DNA from: Limisphaerales bacterium
GTDB lineage: Bacteria; Verrucomicrobiota; Verrucomicrobiia; Limisphaerales; JAJOIW01
Direction: 5' to 3'
DNA length: 11,744 nt
Assembly: GCA_965657355.1 (NCBI GenBank)
Contig: CBFHOE010000008.1
Coordinates: forward strand, 127,036-138,779
Shown one piece after another: positions 6,464 to 11,744 of this stretch; the stretch's first letter is position 1, and each line of letters begins with the position of its first letter. A program made the position numbers and the translations under genes. Below the pieces are notes generated by a model. It saw only the letters and a list, made by a program, of their open reading frames with translations. It was not told where the DNA came from and did not search any database.

Positions 6464-9046
6464 TTATGAGGCTTCGCTTTCTGCAGCGGTTACTTCGGGA
6501 TCAAATGTTGGGGGAACGTCTGTCTGTGGTCGCTCTCCCTTTGTGATCCAAAGAACGCTCGATCCGGCAATGTAGATTGATGAGTATGTTCCAACAACAA
6601 TTCCTATGAGGAATGTCAGCGCAAAATCACGAATCACAGGGCCTCCAAAAACGAACAGAGCTGCAGCGGCGAGAAGTGTGGTGCCAGATGTGATGACCGT
6701 TCTCGCGAGTGTTTGGTTCACTGCTCTATTCATGAGATCAACAAATTTCCCTTTAATGCCCAAATTGAGATCCTCTCTGATACGATCGAAAATAACGATG
6801 GTATCATTAATTGAAAAACCAAATATAGTGAGCAATGCGGCGATGATCGGTGCATTAATTTGCCCTCCAAGTAATAAGAATATTCCCAATGTAATAGCGA
6901 CGTCATGAACCAATGCTATGACAGCGGCTATCGCAAATGAGAATTCAAACCTGATAGCAACGTAAAATAAGATTGCGAAAATCGCAATAAGAGCAGAAAT
7001 CAGCGCAGCTTTGGTGATAGCTACTCCAACTGAAGGGCCAACAAAATCAGATTGTAGTGTCTCAAAGTTTGCACTGGGAAATTCACCTTGTAGACTTTTG
7101 GTGATATCTACTTCCGCACTTTTAGTGATGAGTTTCAATGACGCTTCGCCACCGCCTCCCACAGTGGAGCTTTGATATTGGATGATAGATTCAGTCACCC
7201 CTACCTTCTCCAGAGCAACTCTTATCGCTTCCTCCTCAGGCCGGTTGTCTTCGCTGTATGACAACATGATGCTATCTCCCCCAGTGAAGTCGATGCCAAG
7301 CGTATTCTCTTTTCTGACAAACATAGCAAAGACAATAGCGGCGACAATTAATCCAGTGCTTCCAATAGCAGTGAACTTACGTATTCCAGGTTGCAAGAAT
7401 GGAATAGTCGTTTTGCCAACCGCTCTTAGCATCCTTAATTTCGTCAAAATGCCCTTTTCCCTAAGAAACTCCAATAAGATTCTTGTTAGTATGAGCGCCG
7501 TAAACATACTGGCCGCGATACCCATCGTGAGAGTCGTTCCAAACCCCTTAACTGGGCCAGTTCCAAAATTAATGAGAATGACTGAGGCTATTACAGTTGT
7601 GATATTAGCATCAAAAATGGTCGAGAAAACTTTATCGAATCCTTGGCTTATCGAACCTTTAAGCGATTTACCTTGAAGTAATTCCTCCCGAATTCGTTCA
7701 AAGATGAGAACATTCGCGTCAACGGCCATACCAATAGTCAGTACAATACCGGCTATGCCTGGAAGAGTTAGAGTGGCATCTATGGAAGCCATGCACCCCA
7801 ACAGAAGAATCAAGTTTATTGTAAGTGCGGCTCCTGCAATGACCCCTGCCCACATGTAATAGAAAAGCATGAAGACCAAAACCAAAATAATGCCGACCAG
7901 ACATGCTTGTATTCCAGCTTTGATGGAATCCTTACCAAGCGTTGGGTCGACGCCTCTCTCCTCAATGATTTTAACTGGGTTCTCCAGTGGGTTTTCCAGA
8001 ACACTAACTAAATCAAACGCCTCTTTTTGGGTGAAATCGCCCCTGATGGTTGCCTGCCCTCCAGTTATTGGTTCATCGATATTTGGTGCTGACTGAACAA
8101 CGCCATCAAGAACAATAGCAAGCTGGTTATTGACATTAGCCATAGTGACGTCAGCAAATAGCTTTCCGCCTTCACCATTAAAATTAAGGACGATTTCAGG
8201 TATGCCAGTAATTGAAGGAGCAACATAAGCACTTGTAACATATTTTCCGGTGAGGCCTTGCTCTGATTTGTTGCTGACAATCATGTAAGTTGTAAATTCT
8301 TCACCCGTGTTTTCGTCTGTTCTCACGTATGGAACCTTTTCGTAATTCGGGGGGACGATATCTTGTGCAATCCAGCTTGCTGATTGCGGGTGAACAAGAC
8401 GAAATTCAAGAACTGCGGCGGTCTCCAAAGTCGTCCTTACACTGTCCCTTTCACTTTGAGTCAAGCCTGGCAGCTGAATCAGAATCTTATCGCTCCCAAC
8501 TGGCTGGATAACAGGTTCGGCAACTCCAAAACGGTCAACGCGCTTTCTCAATACTTCGATGGTCCTGCTAATGTCCGTTTCATTCTTTTGCTGAACTGCA
8601 GCCAAATCCTCCATCTCTTGATCGTTTGTGCCTGCTCTTTTGGGGCCGACCTCGACAAGAAACGACATGCCTCCCTGCAAATCCAAACCGAGTTTTAGTT
8701 TCCCTGCGGCATCTTTTTGAAGCCTTGATAAAATATACCTGGTTGCATTTGATTCGGTAGATGGGATTTGAATTGCAGGAGAGAACCATTCCTCGATGTC
8801 AACGTCACCTATGGAACGACTCAAATTCATAAATGTCACATTGGAAAGATTTTCAGCATTGTTCTCCGATTCTAATTCTCTCGCTTCTTTCAGAATCGCT
8901 TCGAGCTGCTGCACTTGCTCTCCCTCAACGCTGGCTGCATTTGAAAAGACGTCTATTAGATTTTTACCTCCCGGAGGAACCAGGTAATAAAGCGCGAGGG
9001 CAGTGAGGAGAACGACAATTGTTGACTTAAATTTTTTTGATTTCAT
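6464..9046 (-). CDS. secDF: Fused protein translocase subunit SecDF
   Basis: 860 aa. SecD motifs LGLDLQGG, RVDRFGVAEP, LAIVLDG, TLTLPGIAGIVLTIGMAVDANVLIFERIREE, GPVKGF; SecF motifs LGIDFTGG, VGPSVG, HDV, GFSINDTIVIFDRIRE, QTLARTVITS. Confidence 0.98.
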   Translation of the reverse strand: MKSKKFKSTIVVLLTALALYYLVPPGGKNLIDVFSNAASVEGEQVQQLEAILKEARELESENNAENLSNVTFMNLSRSIGDVDIEEWFSPAIQIPSTESNATRYILSRLQKDAAGKLKLGLDLQGGMSFLVEVGPKRAGTNDQEMEDLAAVQQKNETDISRTIEVLRKRVDRFGVAEPVIQPVGSDKILIQLPGLTQSERDSVRTTLETAAVLEFRLVHPQSASWIAQDIVPPNYEKVPYVRTDENTGEEFTTYMIVSNKSEQGLTGKYVTSAYVAPSITGIPEIVLNFNGEGGKLFADVTMANVNNQLAIVLDGVVQSAPNIDEPITGGQATIRGDFTQKEAFDLVSVLENPLENPVKIIEERGVDPTLGKDSIKAGIQACLVGIILVLVFMLFYYMWAGVIAGAALTINLILLLGCMASIDATLTLPGIAGIVLTIGMAVDANVLIFERIREELLQGKSLKGSISQGFDKVFSTIFDANITTVIASVILINFGTGPVKGFGTTLTMGIAASMFTALILTRILLEFLREKGILTKLRMLRAVGKTTIPFLQPGIRKFTAIGSTGLIVAAIVFAMFVRKENTLGIDFTGGDSIMLSYSEDNRPEEEAIRVALEKVGVTESIIQYQSSTVGGGGEASLKLITKSAEVDITKSLQGEFPSANFETLQSDFVGPSVGVAITKAALISALIAIFAILFYVAIRFEFSFAIAAVIALVHDVAITLGIFLLLGGQINAPIIAALLTIFGFSINDTIVIFDRIREDLNLGIKGKFVDLMNRAVNQTLARTVITSGTTLLAAAALFVFGGPVIRDFALTFLIGIVVGTYSSIYIAGSSVLWITKGERPQTDVPPTFDPEVTAAESEAS

Positions 9047-9109
9047 CGTCTAAAATAGCAGTGACCTTATGGTTATCTTGATCTCATTTATTCAATGATT
9101 ACATGGTAA

Positions 9110-9538
9110 TTATTTCTCGTCTGTCGGCGAGGTGGGCGTGGACGAAGATGATCGTTCCAAAACCTCAGAGATGTTGCTTTTCTTAATTTCCAATTTTGAG
9201 TCCCCGCTTCTGATCGTAACCTTTGCGTCTTGTATTGTGATGATTGTCGCTATGAGCCCACCTGTGGTGGAGATTTTGTCTCCTTTTTCTAGTTTGGACA
9301 ACAGCTTATCATGCTCTTTCATCTTTTTCTGTTGAGGCCTTATTAAGACGAAATACATCACGACAATCATAAGAACCGGAAGTAGAAGGGCTCCCATTGG
9401 GTTCTGGGGAGCCTCTGTAGCTCCAGGGCCATTTTCGGGTCCACTCGCTGGTGCTGCCGTGCCTGGGACACTATCCTGAGGGGGAGGTGTTTGAGCTATG
9501 ATTGGTTGAAATGTCAGCTTTTGGTCAAATTCCTTCAT
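9110..9538 (-). CDS. yajC: Preprotein translocase subunit YajC
   Basis: MYFVLIRPQQKK...LEKGDKISTTGGL motif, directly upstream of secDF. Start placed at ATG 9538 (MKEFDQ...) rather than 9598 because a promoter-like element overlaps the first codons of the longer ORF. The exact start is uncertain. Confidence 0.93.
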   Translation of the reverse strand: MKEFDQKLTFQPIIAQTPPPQDSVPGTAAPASGPENGPGATEAPQNPMGALLLPVLMIVVMYFVLIRPQQKKMKEHDKLLSKLEKGDKISTTGGLIATIITIQDAKVTIRSGDSKLEIKKSNISEVLERSSSSTPTSPTDEK

Positions 9539-9566
9539 CAATTTTAAATGTAATCGCGAACCTGGA

Positions 9567-9594
9567 AAATTAGGCTTATTGAGTGATTTTGCAA
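9567..9594 (-). promoter_or_regulatory. Candidate sigma70-type promoter for yajC-secDF
   Basis: Minus strand TTGCAA (9594-9589), 16-nt spacer, TAATTT (9572-9567), about 29 nt upstream of ATG 9538. Confidence 0.4.
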
Positions 9595-9719
9595 GCATAA
9601 CCTTTCCAATTTATGGATTTTCCAAATCTTGGGGGCACCACCTAGTGGTTGGATCTGCAGATAATTCCTCCCATAGCAGCTTATCGCGCTATTGGTCGTC
9701 GAAAAAACTATCTAATAAA

Positions 9720-10793
9720 TTAGATATTTTCGAGGTCAAACGGGAATACCTCAGACTCGTCTTGTATGCGGGCCGATTCTAGAAGTAGAAACTCCCATGG
9801 GGCATGAATAGTTCTCATCTCAGGTTTTCTGTAGTCTATTTCCTTAAATCTGCCTTTGGTTGAGGACAAAATAAGGAATAGCGCATCTTGCCCAACCTCA
9901 TCTCCAAATTTGGCGTGAACAATTTCACCCTCGCAGATGCTAATTTCTGACAACCCATGCGGTGTCATGATATCATAGGATTGGGATCTCACGCTCATAC
10001 AAGCCAATTGAAGGATGTCTCGCAGCTCAACATCTCTAACAGTGCCCTCGAATCCATCTTGATGCCCGAAATTCGGATTATCCTGGTGCAATGAATCCTT
10101 TTTAACAGACTGAGCTCCGTTGTTGGCCTTACCCTTTTTTTCGAACCTTGCCCACCCAGAGCGAAATTTTGGTTTTTCCACTAAACCTGAATTTCCTCTG
10201 CCACTCCCTTTTTCAAGTGCTTTGGCAAGTGATGCGGAGCGGGACTCAATTCCGCTAATTAAAAGGCCCAGCTCGTCTGAATAAGCACCATTTGCCAGGC
10301 TTAGACATTTTTTGAGCGCTTTGAGATGCTCGTAGTTCCAAAAGTCGGCCCCAAGGATATATGCTTGTTTCCGAATTTCAGCAGAAGGGTGATCTAAAAG
10401 CTTGGATAGTTCTTGTGCTGAGCCGTCGCCGTTGAGGGAAATGGCTGTGCGCATGCCCTCAATCACCACAATTTGTTCGGTATCTTCAAATGAAACATAA
10501 ACGTCAGCACCATAATCTTTGGCATCTAATTCCCGAAGGTTTTTTAGTGTCGTTATTCTTACTGCGGTATCTGAATCCTTGAGCAATTTAGTCACGATGC
10601 GTCGCCCTGAATGTGGTTTCATCGCAACCGCTACAAATAGCCCCGACGATCTCAATTCACGAGAATTAGATTCCAGAATTTTCGACACGTCGCGAGAGAC
10701 TTGATCCGATTGCTGCTTTGCAATCTTTCTTCCCGCAGCGAGACAGGTGTCAAAGTTCCTAGATTTGAGCTGATTTGCCAGAATCCAATTCAT
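9720..10793 (-). CDS. HEAT-repeat protein with C-terminal DUF4388 (PatA N-terminal-like) domain
   Basis: 357 aa. HEAT-like units LLKDSDTAVRITTLKNL, FEDTEQIVVIEGM and LLDHPSAEIRKQA, then a Gly/Lys-rich linker, then FEGTVRDVELRDILQLACMS...ICEGEIVHAKFGDEVGQDALFLILS...GRF...TIHAPWEFLLLESARIQDE, which is typical of DUF4388. Confidence 0.85.
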   Translation of the reverse strand: MNWILANQLKSRNFDTCLAAGRKIAKQQSDQVSRDVSKILESNSRELRSSGLFVAVAMKPHSGRRIVTKLLKDSDTAVRITTLKNLRELDAKDYGADVYVSFEDTEQIVVIEGMRTAISLNGDGSAQELSKLLDHPSAEIRKQAYILGADFWNYEHLKALKKCLSLANGAYSDELGLLISGIESRSASLAKALEKGSGRGNSGLVEKPKFRSGWARFEKKGKANNGAQSVKKDSLHQDNPNFGHQDGFEGTVRDVELRDILQLACMSVRSQSYDIMTPHGLSEISICEGEIVHAKFGDEVGQDALFLILSSTKGRFKEIDYRKPEMRTIHAPWEFLLLESARIQDESEVFPFDLENI

Positions 10794-11159
10794 TTTGAGC
10801 CTAAAATACTAATATAGCCATGAAAGGCATGATGTTAGTTTCATTAATATCGGCAATTCTTCCATTTTATACACTCGTTCACCAAAAAAATTACGAAATC
10901 GAGGATGAGATACACCAACCTATCTCGAAGAATCGCGCCGAGGCCTTTTGGAAGGTCCTTTGACTTCCAAATCCCACTTATGGCTAAATTATTAAAGTTT
11001 TTAGATTAAAAATTACTTTCCAGTTAATAAAATATTCCCGTCCGGGGAAGATACCTGCTAGCCCGTCAAAATTTTGTGAATGACTACACGTTAAAAAATA
11101 ATGACATGTCCCATATAAGCAAAGTATTTCAAATTTAAGGGTGGTTGTTGCGACGCAAG

Positions 11160-11200
11160 TGTATTAGATTTGACATAATCATCTTTGTTTGATTAATACA
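11160..11200 (+). promoter_or_regulatory. Candidate promoter (perfect -35) within an inverted repeat, upstream of the 11215 gene and trxA
   Basis: TTGACA at 11170-11175 and an AT-rich, non-canonical -10 region (GATTAATAC, 11191-11199), flanked by TGTATTA (11160-11166) and TAATACA (11194-11200). Confidence 0.4.
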
Positions 11201-11214
11201 TACACCAATTTCCT

Positions 11215-11574
11215 ATGGCTGAAGAAAATCAAAGCTCATCGGGTCAGTCTCAAAAAAAGCAGACTGTCCGCATAAATTTACCGCCGAAGCAGACCGCTTC
11301 GCCCACAGTGAAGCTGAATGCCCCTAAACCTGGGGGACCTGCTGCGCCTAAATCGGCAGCAGCCGCGCCTGCAAAGGCAACATCAGCGCCAGCAGCATCA
11401 GCACCATCTAGGCCTGCGACATCCAGTGCTCCAGGACCAAGGCCTGCAGCAAGGCGCGCACCAGCAGCGTCCGGGGGCGGTGCCGGAACTGTCATCACTT
11501 TGATGTCGTTTGTATTTGCTGCAATTAGTTTTGTTTCTGTGGTTCTTGTCTTCGTAACTGTCAACGGCAGCTAA
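11215..11574 (+). CDS. Pro/Ala-rich disordered protein with C-terminal transmembrane anchor
   Basis: 119 aa: [12 protein letters not shown] and PTVKL motifs, a low-complexity A/P/S linker and a hydrophobic C-terminus ([24 protein letters not shown]). Ends 13 nt before trxA on the same strand. Confidence 0.8.
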   Translation: MAEENQSSSGQSQKKQTVRINLPPKQTASPTVKLNAPKPGGPAAPKSAAAAPAKATSAPAASAPSRPATSSAPGPRPAARRAPAASGGGAGTVITLMSFVFAAISFVSVVLVFVTVNGS

Positions 11575-11587
11575 TAATTATATAAAT

Positions 11588-11744
11588 ATGGCATCTGATA
11601 AAATCACCGAGCTGACGGAAGATAATTTTGAATCTGAAGTCACCACTTCAGAAATACCTTACTTAGTAGATTTCTGGGCTGAGTGGTGCGGCCCTTGCAA
11701 AATGATTGCGCCAGTTCTGGAACAAATTGCGGAAGAGGTCGACG
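11588..11744 (+). CDS. trxA: Thioredoxin (5' portion; runs off the window)
   Basis: Manual translation from ATG 11588: [52 protein letters not shown], containing the canonical WCGPC active site. Absent from the ORF track. Confidence 0.96.
   Translation, partial: MASDKITELTEDNFESEVTTSEIPYLVDFWAEWCGPCKMIAPVLEQIAEEVD

Noticed and set aside
6606..8987. Numerous short ORFs within secDF on both strands, including the 164 aa ORF at 7182-7676
   Set aside because: Shadow or alternate-frame ORFs fully inside a confidently identified gene.
9539..9598. Longer yajC N-terminus given in the ORF track
   Set aside because: It overlaps a promoter-like element and does not resemble YajC; the downstream ATG is preferred.
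9132..10704. Plus-strand ORFs 9132-9335, 9579-9782 and 10519-10704
   Set aside because: Antisense overlaps with yajC or HEAT-DUF4388; no motifs.
11250..11564. Minus-strand 104 aa Gly/Ala-rich ORF and plus-strand 61 aa Gln/His-rich ORF (11318-11503)
   Set aside because: By-products of the GCA/CCA-rich coding of the 11215 gene, which has the better start context, motifs, TM and coupling to trxA.
1..11744. CRISPR arrays, tRNA/rRNA genes, IS elements, prophage or defence genes
   Set aside because: No regularly spaced repeats, cloverleaf motifs, or transposase, integrase or phage-like ORFs seen by eye.

Overview
Chromosomal, mostly housekeeping segment. It is probably from a Verrucomicrobia (PVC-superphylum) bacterium; this is inferred from the fused SecDF with an N-terminal insertion, the yajC-secDF-(exoD)-recJ-ispD order, a [12 protein letters not shown] protein next to trxA, and start codons lacking Shine-Dalgarno motifs. 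A long minus-strand run holds HEAT+DUF4388 protein, yajC, secDF, exoD-family, recJ, ispD, DUF6941-like protein, a polytopic membrane protein and a TPR/coiled-coil/LysM protein. At the left edge is a decayed plus-strand pseudogene resembling the C-terminus of LarA/DUF2088 (lactate racemase-like) proteins, which the ORF track misses. At the right edge a divergent plus-strand unit encodes a Pro/Ala-rich tail-anchored protein and the 5' part of thioredoxin. I saw no tRNA, rRNA, CRISPR array or mobile element. The best candidates for uncharacterised biology are the divergent HEAT-DUF4388 / T-x-x-I/L-motif protein pair, the TPR-LysM protein and several palindrome-rich intergenic regions. All family assignments come from motif recognition, not database searches.
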